IMG/VR virus record: IMGVR_UViG_3300029822_000863
Coordinates: 1-42,909 of that record
Reading direction: 5' to 3' (one strand)
DNA from: a virus
Length of the DNA: 42,909 bases
Below, piece by piece: positions 9,837 through 18,800 of the stretch (its first letter is position 1; each line of letters opens with the position of its first letter). A program made the translations under genes and the position numbers. The notes beneath the pieces are model-generated. The model was not told where the DNA came from, did not search any database, and saw only the letters and a program-made list of their open reading frames with translations.

Positions 9837-9977
9837 TTACAACCTCCGTAACCCAAGACAATCGTCTTTTTCGACCCAAATAACCTCAACGTCTTGGTTA
9901 AAGCCATGCTTTATGGCGAGTGCCTTTGGGATTGTCACAACCCTCGACCCTTTGCTTGTTTCATGCACACGTGGCAC
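9837..9977 (-). CDS. AbrB/SpoVT/MazE-like DNA-binding protein (46 aa, not in ORF track)
   Basis: GAGGAG RBS + GTG; MPRVHETSKGSRVVTIPKALAIKHGFNQDVEVIWVEKDDCLGLRRL matches the swapped-hairpin pattern. Confidence 0.75.
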   Translation of the reverse strand: MPRVHETSKGSRVVTIPKALAIKHGFNQDVEVIWVEKDDCLGLRRL

Positions 9978-10127
9978 TGATATCTCCTCGGATTTTATTC
10001 TTTAATATGCGGATATGTCATCGTTTATCGAATCACATATCACTTAAAACGTCGCGACACAAAAATGACACAAAAAACGACAACGTAAAAACATAATTCG
10101 GGGACATCCCCGACAATTCAAAATAGT

Positions 10128-10391
10128 TTATTCTTCGCCGCCTCTGCTCCTGAGCCTGTAGAGTGCACTGATAGCGACTCCGATGAAGACGATGATGATG
10201 ACCACCTTCATGAGGGTTGCTCCACTGTTCCACAGATCAGCACCAGTCGGGGCACCAGCGAAATCACCGGACTCGTTTACTGGAAGAGCCTTGCTGACTT
10301 CTTCGCCCATCCCAGGAGCCAAATAGAAAATCACAACGATGATGAGCAAGCCTACTGCTAAGCCTATCACTTTCTGCATATCATCTGCCAT
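10128..10391 (-). CDS. Putative major capsid protein, two-helix hydrophobic hairpin (fusellovirus/His1-like architecture)
   Basis: 87 aa, two hydrophobic helices, N-E-S sequon in the loop, basic C-terminus, own promoter with strong RBS. Confidence 0.65.
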   Translation of the reverse strand: MADDMQKVIGLAVGLLIIVVIFYLAPGMGEEVSKALPVNESGDFAGAPTGADLWNSGATLMKVVIIIVFIGVAISALYRLRSRGGEE

Positions 10392-10501
10392 TTAAAACCA
10401 CCACTCCATTTATTATTTCGTTTGTCTACCAGCCAATCCATTTTCTTTTGTTTTGAACCATGACCGGTTTGGAAATTATTCCTAGTACTATATTAGTTTT
10501 A

Positions 10502-10518
10502 AAAGTATTTAATACTTT
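10502..10518. promoter_or_regulatory. Perfect palindrome AAAGTATT-T-AATACTTT over the TATA region of the putative capsid gene
   Basis: 8-bp inverted repeat read directly. Confidence 0.5.
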
Positions 10519-10748
10519 CGACGAAGTGAAGAAATTTTCTTTAAAATGTAAAATCACTACAATCATTAGTAAGTTTTATATTTGAAAAGTGCGTATATTA
10601 ACATATACTAAAATGGGGGAATGTACCATAGCAGACAATGAACCAACTGAAAAAGAATGTTCCAAATGTAAAAGAATACTTAAAATCGAACAATTCGCGA
10701 TGAGAAAAGACAGTTGCAAACACCGGAACGAATGCAAGGAATGTAAAT

Positions 10749-10880
10749 GTGAACTACCACCGAGCTAAAGACTCGGCGGCTTCTTGGTTCATTCCTCCCT
10801 CTACTGAGGGCAAGTCCCCAAGCTCCTCCCCGCGTTCCGCAGGTGTTGAATAGGTTTCAAACCCCTATTAGGTTTTGATC
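10749..10880 (-). ncRNA. TnpB omegaRNA scaffold (3' part); guide is the flank starting ATTTACATTCCTTGCATTCG
   Basis: Structured region between the tnpB end and RE; helices covary with the copy at 18900-18995; 5' end unknown. Confidence 0.75.
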
Positions 10881-11969
10881 TATGAGAGAGAATTTTTTAA
10901 TATTGATAGCGGCGTTTATATCTCTGTCGTGCTTTGTTTTACAGGCTGGGCAAGTCCATTCTCTGTCTTTCAAAGTCAAATCTGACTTGTGATATCCACA
11001 ATCTGAACAAAGTTTAGAGGAAGGCTCAAATCTTCCTATCCTTAAGATAGTTTTTCCTGCCCACTCAGCTTTATACTCTAATTTCGTTACAAAGCTACTC
11101 CATGCAGAATCACTTATAGCCTGAGCTAAGTGGTGGTTTTTAATCATTCCTTTAACATTCAGAGTTTCCAACGCTATAGCTTGGTTCTCGCTTATGAGTT
11201 TAGAAGAGAGTTTATGCTGGAAATCGTTTCTCTGATTGCTTATTTTCTCATGGAGTACAGCAAGTCTTTGTTTAGCTTTTTCTCTGTTCTTAGAACCTTT
11301 CTGTTTTCTTGATACTCTTTTCTGAAGGACTTTAAGCCTTTTTAGAGAGCTTTTCAAGTACCTAGGATTCTCTATCTTTTCACCTGTAGAGAGCACAGCA
11401 AAGTCTTTGATTCCTACGTCTACACCTATTGTTGTGACTTCGGTGAAAGGTTGCTTCGCTGGGAGTTCTGCACCATTTTCAACGAGGATACTAATGTAGT
11501 AATCTCCTTTACAAGTCTTTGATATCGTTGCTGTTTTCAACGCACCTTCAAAGTGTCTGTGCAGAACGGCTTTAATCTCTCCAATTTTAGGCAGCTTAAC
11601 AGTGTTGTTTTCAAAGTCAACGCTATAGTGCTGCGGCACTGGAAAAGATTGTATTGGATTTTTCTTAGACTTAAACTTAGGAAATCCTGTCTTCTCTCTG
11701 AAGAACCGAGTGAAGGCAGATTCAACCTGTTTAGTCATTCCCTGAAGAGACTGAGAGTTAACTTCCCTCAACCACTTATTAGAAAGTTTTAAAACTGGAA
11801 TTAACTTGTTTAAGTCAAACCTGGAGATTGATTTACCAGTTTGCTCATATGTTTTAACTTTTTGATCAAGTGCCCAGTTATAGACAAAGCGACAGCTACC
11901 TATATGCTGATTAAGTTTACCAGCTTGGGCTTCTGTCGGATATAGTCTAAACTTGAACGCTTTCATCAT
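10857..11969 (-). CDS. tnpB: TnpB RNA-guided endonuclease, apparently intact
   Basis: MKAFKFRLYP start, RuvC GVDVG / ALETL / DRDINAA, Zn finger CSDCG...CPAC. Confidence 0.95.
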   Translation of the reverse strand: MMKAFKFRLYPTEAQAGKLNQHIGSCRFVYNWALDQKVKTYEQTGKSISRFDLNKLIPVLKLSNKWLREVNSQSLQGMTKQVESAFTRFFREKTGFPKFKSKKNPIQSFPVPQHYSVDFENNTVKLPKIGEIKAVLHRHFEGALKTATISKTCKGDYYISILVENGAELPAKQPFTEVTTIGVDVGIKDFAVLSTGEKIENPRYLKSSLKRLKVLQKRVSRKQKGSKNREKAKQRLAVLHEKISNQRNDFQHKLSSKLISENQAIALETLNVKGMIKNHHLAQAISDSAWSSFVTKLEYKAEWAGKTILRIGRFEPSSKLCSDCGYHKSDLTLKDREWTCPACKTKHDRDINAAINIKKFSLIDQNLIGV

Positions 11970-12014
11970 ACATGGTATTATATGCTTTACCAACATATAT
12001 AGTTTTTGGTAAAT

Positions 12015-12410
12015 ATGGAGTATGAGCACAAGAATCACAGTAAGTTTTTGCTTATGTACCATGTTATTTTTGTTTGCAAGTACAGGAAAAAGATATTAGA
12101 ACCACTTAACGCAGAACTTAAACAGACTATTCACGATATTGAAAAAGAGTCTGACTTTGAAATACTGGAAATGGAAACTGACAAAGATCATATCCACATG
12201 TTAATTAAGAGTGAGCCTAAAGTTTCAGTTGTATCTATAGTTAGAAAACTGAAACAAGAGACTACAAATAGGTTATGGAAAAGTCAAGGCAACTATCTTA
12301 AAAGATATTATTGGGGAGAAAAGACTTTGTGGAGTGATGGGTATTTTGCCTCAACTATAGGAAATGTTAGTAAGGAAATAGCTGAGGCATACATCAGGAA
12401 CCAAGGTTAA
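12015..12410 (+). CDS. tnpA: IS200-type HUH (Y1) transposase
   Basis: YHVIFVCKYR, DHIH (HUH), WSDGYF, AYIRNQ. Confidence 0.95.
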   Translation: MEYEHKNHSKFLLMYHVIFVCKYRKKILEPLNAELKQTIHDIEKESDFEILEMETDKDHIHMLIKSEPKVSVVSIVRKLKQETTNRLWKSQGNYLKRYYWGEKTLWSDGYFASTIGNVSKEIAEAYIRNQG

Positions 12411-13087
12411 GTTGACGCTTACATCCACTAGGCTAAAGACCTAGTGGTTTTACGCTTCTTCCTATAAAGAAAAAATATTGACATTGTTATGCGGCATTGA
12501 CCGCCCTAACATAATGAACGTTGTTTATTTTCTTGAAGAATCTGATTATTTCACGGTTCCGGCCAGCAAGAAATACCACGGCAATTACATGGGAGGACTT
12601 GCAGAGCATTCGCTTAACCTGTATGAACTCTTTCACGAAAGGAATCTGAAATTGTCACATGGCTTACCAGAAGCCTCTGTAATCGTCTGTAGCATTTTAC
12701 ATGACCTCTGCAAAGTCGGTCTTTATGCTGAAATAGAAAACGAAGTCTATACAATCGCTGACCAGCCGGGGAACAGAGCACACGCATTACTTTCAATAGA
12801 AAGGATCAATGCAACTGGCTTTGAGCTCACAGAAAGAGAATTCAGCATAATGAAATTCCACATGGGAGTGTTCGGAGCTTTCCAAACAAGACCAAGAGAA
12901 ATTCAGGAATTCACACCCGAAGAACTAAGAAAAGCAATCGAAAAAGATTTCATGGTTCAGGTCTTTGCTTCATGTGATACCGAAGAATCACATTCCGTTT
13001 AACTTCTTTTTAAAAAAATAAATTTGAGGCGCTGTAATTTCCTCAAATACACGGAAATCAGAAAAAATAGAACATATGAATTTAATA

Positions 13088-13345
13088 TCAGCGTCGCCCA
13101 CTTCTCCGTTTTAGCGATAACATCGTGAAAATTAACGCCACAACACCAAGAATCATCGCAACGGGACCCAACAAACTGAATGTTGCAGTCTGGACACGCA
13201 CGTTTGAATCGTGTGCCTGTTCATACCCAGTGCCCGATACATTCAGCTGATCATCATTTTCTGACAATACCGCGGGAACATAGCTCATGAATATCGACAG
13301 TACCGCGATCAATACCACAACCGGAATCAAGGATTTCATGCGCAT
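13088..13345 (-). CDS. Second two-helix hydrophobic protein, putative minor capsid protein
   Basis: 85 aa, two hydrophobic helices, N-V-S sequon, basic tail KRRSGRR; same layout as 10128..10391. Confidence 0.6.
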   Translation of the reverse strand: MRMKSLIPVVVLIAVLSIFMSYVPAVLSENDDQLNVSGTGYEQAHDSNVRVQTATFSLLGPVAMILGVVALIFTMLSLKRRSGRR

Positions 13346-13349
13346 AACA

Positions 13350-13577
13350 TCACTTACCCTTTAGCTTATCTTTCAGCAGTATGCTGTATTTCGTCTCCAT
13401 GTCGCCTGGGCAATCGCATCTATATTGCAAATAACTATCGTAGCAATACCAAAAAACATACGCGCAGCTTGCCGCGACACAAACCATTTCCAACGATGAA
13501 TCAATTCCCGACAATTTTGCCGCGACAATCGAAATCAACGACAGCACAAATACCCAAGATTTCCAACACAATTTCAA
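13350..13577 (-). CDS. Small membrane protein
   Basis: Two hydrophobic segments, TAATG coupling. Confidence 0.6.
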   Translation of the reverse strand: MKLCWKSWVFVLSLISIVAAKLSGIDSSLEMVCVAASCAYVFWYCYDSYLQYRCDCPGDMETKYSILLKDKLKGK

Positions 13578-13924
13578 TCCAATGCCTCCACCACTCTCGT
13601 ATCTTTAATGAATTGCCATACTTGCAACAGCGCGAGTCCGACAAAAACGATCCCAAGGAACTCGAAAAGCCCAGACGCTGCGCTGTTTCTAATTACTTCC
13701 GTGTGCGTTACAATTTCAGACCCAACCGGAAAATGGTCGGTTTTTGTCAAAGTGCCGTCAATGAAAATATTCGATACCTTGAACGCGATCAAACTTGCAA
13801 TTGCCATCGATGCAACCGACGCTACGTTAACCGGGCCGAGGTACGTCAATAACAACGACGCGCTGAAAAACAACGCAGCGAGTGCTATCATGACATATAG
13901 CAGCCAAACTTCCGTTGTAAACAT
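13574..13924 (-). CDS. Three-TM membrane protein
   Basis: 116 aa with three hydrophobic segments; GGTGA RBS. Confidence 0.7.
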   Translation of the reverse strand: MFTTEVWLLYVMIALAALFFSASLLLTYLGPVNVASVASMAIASLIAFKVSNIFIDGTLTKTDHFPVGSEIVTHTEVIRNSAASGLFEFLGIVFVGLALLQVWQFIKDTRVVEALD

Positions 13925-13963
13925 ATTTTATCTCACCTAACATTATATACGCAGTTAAACTAT

Positions 13964-14254
13964 TTAAACCGATAATATGCGAATGATATTATTTACGCAA
14001 AGCGCGATTCCAACGAATGCCGGAATTGCAGCATAAACCCTAAACCACCCAGCGGTGCTCGTTTTGTATAGCACATAAAGTACAACGAGCACACTACATT
14101 TCAATAATATGAATAAAATCGGGTGACTGACTAGATTCTGCAACATAGGATTGCTCTCATGTAGACCAGGCAATTGCAAAGCGTATAACGTTGTTGCAAC
14201 ATCTCCAATGATGAAAAACACAATTGTCGGAAGTACTTTCAATATAAATACCAT
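13964..14254 (-). CDS. Membrane protein, DUF5658-like
   Basis: GDVATTLYALQLPGLHESNP fits the D-x2-TT...E-x-NP pattern; three hydrophobic segments. Confidence 0.65.
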   Translation of the reverse strand: MVFILKVLPTIVFFIIGDVATTLYALQLPGLHESNPMLQNLVSHPILFILLKCSVLVVLYVLYKTSTAGWFRVYAAIPAFVGIALCVNNIIRILSV

Positions 14255-14382
14255 GTAACCCCCCCTAATTCAAAGAATGTAACTCCAGATATTTAATTCT
14301 TTCGGATAACACGACATTCAAACACCATACAAAGTGTTAAGTACGTATAACGACAATATATAAGTATATGAAGGTGACACAC

Positions 14383-14571
14383 ATGAAATGGTTTAAACAT
14401 ATTCCGACAAACGCACGACCACACGACCACATACACACGGGAAACGCCGCACACGTTCAAGAAGTCATAAGCGGAGAACTCAGATACATTCCTGTAGTAA
14501 TGTCTCTCAGCCTCATTCTCTGGGGATTCATCGAGTCCACAAGATCTGAAAATGCAAGTATCTGGAGGTAG
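14383..14571 (+). CDS. Small hypothetical protein
   Basis: GGTGA RBS, ends 4 nt before the adhesin start. Confidence 0.45.
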   Translation: MKWFKHIPTNARPHDHIHTGNAAHVQEVISGELRYIPVVMSLSLILWGFIESTRSENASIWR

Positions 14572-14575
14572 AGGC

Positions 14576-17026
14576 ATGAGAAAAGTTATTATCCTCTCTC
14601 TCTTCCTTTGCTTCTTATTTCTTCCTTCTGTATCTTTAGCTTATGAAGATACGGCAGAAAGATATACTTCAGATATCTCAAATTATTATTCCACCACTAC
14701 TTCAAATAGTGGTGCTGGTGCTGTATCTTCCTTAGTCGATCCTTCAAATACGCAAAACACCGTAATTAAATTACGTTCTTCTCTTAATACAAATTTAGTT
14801 GGGTCATATACTCAAAAAACGTATTTGATTCCAAAGACTACAATGTCACCTTATTACTTTTCATGTATTTCTACGGGCTTTGAACATGAAGATTATTGGG
14901 ATTATCCGAATCGCATAAAAATGGGTTTTATTTTTCAAGTTCGCAATCCTTCGGATAATTCTATAATTGCTCAATTTTCACCTTTGGAAACACACAACTA
15001 TAATTATCCTCTAAAAATTGAAATAGTAAAATCGGGGACGTCTTACGAATTATATATAAATGGTTCTAAAATAGAAACCGTATCAAATACTCAACCTACA
15101 TATTCTGGTAATGTTTATTATTGTCCAGGGACCGTTATTTATAAATTAACGTCTAGTAGTGGTGTTACAGGCAGTGGCTCGGTATATTATGACGATCTTA
15201 CCGACTCTTCAATAATAGGTATAAAAAACACATATACCGAGTCATCCGCTAACGTATTTTTTACTTGGTCTTCTCAATTAATGAGAAGTTATACAGATCA
15301 GCAAAAAATAACTTTATATTCCCTTACTAATCCTTCAAACGCTGGCCTTGTCACTTCTTGGAATATTCCTCAAGACGATAATTCCACAACTTCAGAACAT
15401 GGGTATTTTTCGTTTTCACGATCTCAAATAATTGGGGATAACTTCGGACTTTATCTACTCGAAATGACGAGGGGAGATGATATTCTTACAGATCAATATT
15501 TCTATTACGATCAACTTTCAAACCCGAACGGATATCCAGAACTCCTATTTTTAGGAGAGTCCAGCGTCAAAACTGAAATCCGAGACGATAACCACAACGG
15601 CGGGGAAATCCAAGGCGGAGGATCAGTATATCTATATCCGAAAATCAAAGAAGACGCTGCATACAATTTCACATACAATATACTAGAAGCCCCCTACAAA
15701 ATCCAAACAGAATTGACAAACATCTACAACAATACACTGATAAACAGCACAACAATTCATTACACCGGGCTCTCCAACCAAAACTACGGAATCTCAGTGG
15801 ACGGCGCAGACGCAGGCAGCACAAACGGAGCCGACACATTCAGCTACACATTCACAGACTGGGGCACAGAAAAAAATCACATCATCTCATTTGCCCCCGA
15901 CTACACCATCGCGGGAGTATGGGGTGAGGTAAAAAACTCCGAAACACAGCAGGGGATCAAATCCGCCACAGTATCAATATCAGGGGCTAACTTTTCAAAG
16001 ACACTCTACACCGACGACAACGGATTGTATTATCTGACAAAGGGGATGGAGCCCGGCAAAACATACACAATCACGGTTTCAAAAACAGGATACGCGACTC
16101 CACCGTCCCAGACTGCAATAACCGCAGACGGAAGCACCACGAGACAAGACTTCTACATGGACAAAATACCAGGGGTCGATGGCGAGGGACTATATTATTC
16201 ACCACACAATGTTCGATTTGTAGTCACCGATCGGTACCTATTCGAACGATACGACGCGAACGTGACGATATCCGGCGAAAATGTGACAACAGAAACACAG
16301 CGCACAGGAACAGACGGGGTATGCGTTTTCAAAATGACAGAAAACACTAGATATGAAATTGTCACAGAATATAACGGGATGAAGCAAACCGACTACATAT
16401 CACCCATCGAATATTCATACTACATAATACTCGATGCTACAAAAACGTCGTTATTGCCGACGTCACAATTCTATGAGATGTGCAATATAACGATTACAAA
16501 AAACGAATTAAATTCGTCGCACGCCGAAATCACGGCATCATATAGTGACACTGGGTCGGGCACACAAAGCGTATATTTCACACTTGGTAAAACGGATGGC
16601 AATAACACGATGAACGCGCTCGAAACGAGTCCAACTGGTAATGGAAACATGACATACACATTCGTAGTACAGGACTACATAGGCGAAGACTACGTTGTGA
16701 AAGTCAACGTTGACCATAACAAATTTGGAAATGTGGAAAAACAATATGGAGTGAATTTCCCAGGCAGCAAACTGCCATTCACTGGAAATGCAATAATCGC
16801 GCTATGCGTACTGATCTTCTTCGTTGTTGCAATGCAATGGGGAAAGGCAGACGCACATATGGGCGCAGTTTTGATATGTGGACTAGGATGGTGGTTCTAC
16901 TACCTTGACATATTCAGAAAGCTAGGTGACGGCACAAACGCGGTGATCGGCACGGGACTTGGACTTGCGACTGTGTACGCAATATTGAGCATGATAAACA
17001 GGAAACGAGATGAAGGAGGGATATAA
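14576..17026 (+). CDS. Large secreted adhesin/receptor-binding protein with C-terminal 3-TM anchor (fusellovirus VP4-like layout)
   Basis: Signal peptide MRKVIILSLFLCFLFLPSVSLA; S/T/N-rich beta domains with many sequons; carboxypeptidase-regulatory-like repeat (GEVKNSETQQGIKSATV...TITVSKTGY); three terminal TMs. Confidence 0.8.
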   Translation: MRKVIILSLFLCFLFLPSVSLAYEDTAERYTSDISNYYSTTTSNSGAGAVSSLVDPSNTQNTVIKLRSSLNTNLVGSYTQKTYLIPKTTMSPYYFSCISTGFEHEDYWDYPNRIKMGFIFQVRNPSDNSIIAQFSPLETHNYNYPLKIEIVKSGTSYELYINGSKIETVSNTQPTYSGNVYYCPGTVIYKLTSSSGVTGSGSVYYDDLTDSSIIGIKNTYTESSANVFFTWSSQLMRSYTDQQKITLYSLTNPSNAGLVTSWNIPQDDNSTTSEHGYFSFSRSQIIGDNFGLYLLEMTRGDDILTDQYFYYDQLSNPNGYPELLFLGESSVKTEIRDDNHNGGEIQGGGSVYLYPKIKEDAAYNFTYNILEAPYKIQTELTNIYNNTLINSTTIHYTGLSNQNYGISVDGADAGSTNGADTFSYTFTDWGTEKNHIISFAPDYTIAGVWGEVKNSETQQGIKSATVSISGANFSKTLYTDDNGLYYLTKGMEPGKTYTITVSKTGYATPPSQTAITADGSTTRQDFYMDKIPGVDGEGLYYSPHNVRFVVTDRYLFERYDANVTISGENVTTETQRTGTDGVCVFKMTENTRYEIVTEYNGMKQTDYISPIEYSYYIILDATKTSLLPTSQFYEMCNITITKNELNSSHAEITASYSDTGSGTQSVYFTLGKTDGNNTMNALETSPTGNGNMTYTFVVQDYIGEDYVVKVNVDHNKFGNVEKQYGVNFPGSKLPFTGNAIIALCVLIFFVVAMQWGKADAHMGAVLICGLGWWFYYLDIFRKLGDGTNAVIGTGLGLATVYAILSMINRKRDEGGI

Positions 17027-17407
17027 ACGAACGCACAAAAACTTGCATTCTTCGTAATTGCATTTAGTTTAGCCGGTGTGGTGATCAACGAGGCGGGGAT
17101 ATTCGACCCCGTCCAAGTCTACGAGATCAGCGAAGTTGACAATTCGTTTTCGAATGGAATAACCGAAATCGACGGCACAGCATCGGAAAGCGATATGAGA
17201 AACGAATATGATGGGTGGACAATGATATTTAAGACGGTCGGGACATTCATCACGGTACTCGGGGCACTGACTGTCCCGTATCTATACCTAGTCGATATCG
17301 GGGTAAACTCAGCATTTGCACTGGCAATACAGGTAATTGTAAACCTCACGATGTTATGGGGCATCATACAATTCTTGTCAGGTCGAAGCACAAAGGGGAT
17401 GGACTGA
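17027..17407 (+). CDS. Small membrane protein following the adhesin; probable ACG start
   Basis: Frame open from ACG 17027 (NAQKLAFFVIAFSLAGVV...), GGAGGG RBS upstream; two further TMs. Confidence 0.7.
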   Translation, partial: TNAQKLAFFVIAFSLAGVVINEAGIFDPVQVYEISEVDNSFSNGITEIDGTASESDMRNEYDGWTMIFKTVGTFITVLGALTVPYLYLVDIGVNSAFALAIQVIVNLTMLWGIIQFLSGRSTKGMD

Positions 17408-17408
17408 T

Positions 17409-18050
17409 ATGATGAAGAGAATAATATACGTACTCACAGCACTGATACTAACCGGGATTGCACAGGGGGCACCTACACTGGCTGCAAACCCAACACACCC
17501 AATCCAACACGCGGATTGCAATTTCTCATTCACATCGAGTGAGCCGTTCACAACAGCTCACTTTTTTTTCAATGGAAATGAGACTGAGACCACTGGAAAC
17601 AACTGGCACACATTCCAAATGCCAGCAGAAGGAAAATATTATAATGTTTCGGTATACGTAGAAAGTCCAACGGGAAATTCAAAAATGCTATATATGCGGG
17701 GAAGTGTACCAAGGGCAATTGCAAATACAACAGTGGGAAAATTCAACGAAACAGAGTTCAATAAACTATCTGACAATATGGAAAATGGCGACTGGGAGGG
17801 AATGCTCGGAAACAGCATGGCTCCATTCGAGGAACTCATGGGAAAATCAGTATACGTGATACTGTTTTTGATGCCATTCGGGTTGATGTGGAAACGTCAG
17901 GAATTCATGACAATTCCAGTGGTAATCAGCATGATCATCGGATGCATCATAATCGGATATATTCCAGAGCAGTACAAAGCGTTCATCGTATTGATGATAA
18001 TGTTAAGCTTTGCGGTGAATTTGTACATGTTGGGGAGAGATCGTCAGTGA
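17409..18050 (+). CDS. Secreted/membrane protein with signal peptide and C-terminal 3-TM anchor
   Basis: N-terminal signal, beta-rich middle with sequons, three hydrophobic segments. Confidence 0.75.
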   Translation: MMKRIIYVLTALILTGIAQGAPTLAANPTHPIQHADCNFSFTSSEPFTTAHFFFNGNETETTGNNWHTFQMPAEGKYYNVSVYVESPTGNSKMLYMRGSVPRAIANTTVGKFNETEFNKLSDNMENGDWEGMLGNSMAPFEELMGKSVYVILFLMPFGLMWKRQEFMTIPVVISMIIGCIIIGYIPEQYKAFIVLMIMLSFAVNLYMLGRDRQ

Positions 18051-18205
18051 ACTGCCACACACCAAAGCAAGCGTGGCTTCCGTCCTTCTGACCGTGAAAA
18101 TAAAACAGAATAAAATAAAAAACAAATACCGTTTTGCAGCAATCACCACGGCAACATTTCACGCGCGCCGACTACCGTAAATTTTCATTTCTACCATGAT
18201 GTGAG

Positions 18206-18451
18206 CTACCACGATATAACCAATACTTTCCCGCACACGCTCACATCAGTTATTTTTCGATAGAACGAATCTGCTGACCCAGGTCTTATAATTTTCACTA
18301 TTCTACATTCACTCACCTGCTCAAGTGTAATGTCGCCATTCACAAACGTATCCATTGGAATTGTGACATTTCTTTTTTTCGAGAGCAGTTCCCTGTCATA
18401 CATACCAGGTTCACACCCGATTTCCAAAAACACCGTACTTATTATTCTCAT
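18206..18451 (-). CDS. Hypothetical protein
   Basis: 81 aa, TATA-like element upstream. Confidence 0.55.
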   Translation of the reverse strand: MRIISTVFLEIGCEPGMYDRELLSKKRNVTIPMDTFVNGDITLEQVSECRIVKIIRPGSADSFYRKITDVSVCGKVLVISW

Positions 18452-18569
18452 ATCACTGTCTCACTCAGTGACAATTTATCATCGCATATACATACTCAAT
18501 ATAGAAAAACCATGCGATTTGTCACGGAACATATGCACAGCAAAATAACCATTTTCAAAAAATCGCCCA

Positions 18570-18653
18570 TGGATCGCGTCGGAGTCGAACCGACTGCCCA
18601 CCAAACCGGACCCAAATTGTGATATGGTGCATTTTCCGTTCTGCCATCGATCC
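18570..18653 (-). tRNA. tRNA-like gene (84 nt, long variable arm, aberrant anticodon arm)
   Basis: Acceptor GGATCGA/GCGATCC-A, D-arm GCA-GAACGGAAAA-TGC, perfect T-arm GTCGG-TTCGACT-CCGAC; anticodon loop only about 6 nt; identity not assignable. Confidence 0.65.
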
Positions 18654-18800
18654 ATGTTGTGTAGGGGATGTTTGTTTTGAGTCGCCTCGCCCTCACGACT
18701 GCACATCTGCATGTATATATTGGATTCCAAAGCATAAATAAGTTTCGATTGAAAAACAGCAGTATGCATGGTCATGAAAAACAACATGGAAAATGACCAA

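Larger units (their letters stand above)
10749..12463 (-). mobile_element. IS200/IS605-family element (IS605 group), 1715 bp
   Basis: Divergent tnpA/tnpB; subterminal hairpins CCACTAGG-CTAAAGA-CCTAGTGG (LE) and CCACCGAG-CTAAAGA-CTCGGCGG (RE); RE ends TTCAC; target TTTAT (ATAAA at 12464-12468); no target duplication. Confidence 0.95.
10613..13002 (+). pseudogene. Zn-finger + HD-domain phosphohydrolase interrupted by the IS605 element (224 aa when rejoined)
   Basis: 10613-10748 joined to 12464-13002 reads in frame (...ECKECK-Y-KEKILTLLCG...); CxxC pairs, HGNYMGGLAEH and LHDLCK motifs. Confidence 0.85.

Noticed and set aside
12478-13002. Stand-alone 174-aa HD protein
   Set aside because: It is the 3' part of a gene starting at 10613 that the IS splits
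14368-14571. Pyrrolysine read-through of the TAG into the adhesin
   Set aside because: The adhesin is in a different frame and has its own RBS and signal peptide
18570-18653. tRNA-Sec or opal suppressor (TCA in the loop, long variable arm)
   Set aside because: The 7/5 acceptor/T-stem layout and loop geometry do not fit archaeal 9/4 tRNA-Sec, and TCA is not positioned after a U33
18570-18653. tRNA fragment as att site
   Set aside because: It is full length, single copy and far from the recombinase; no second copy in the window
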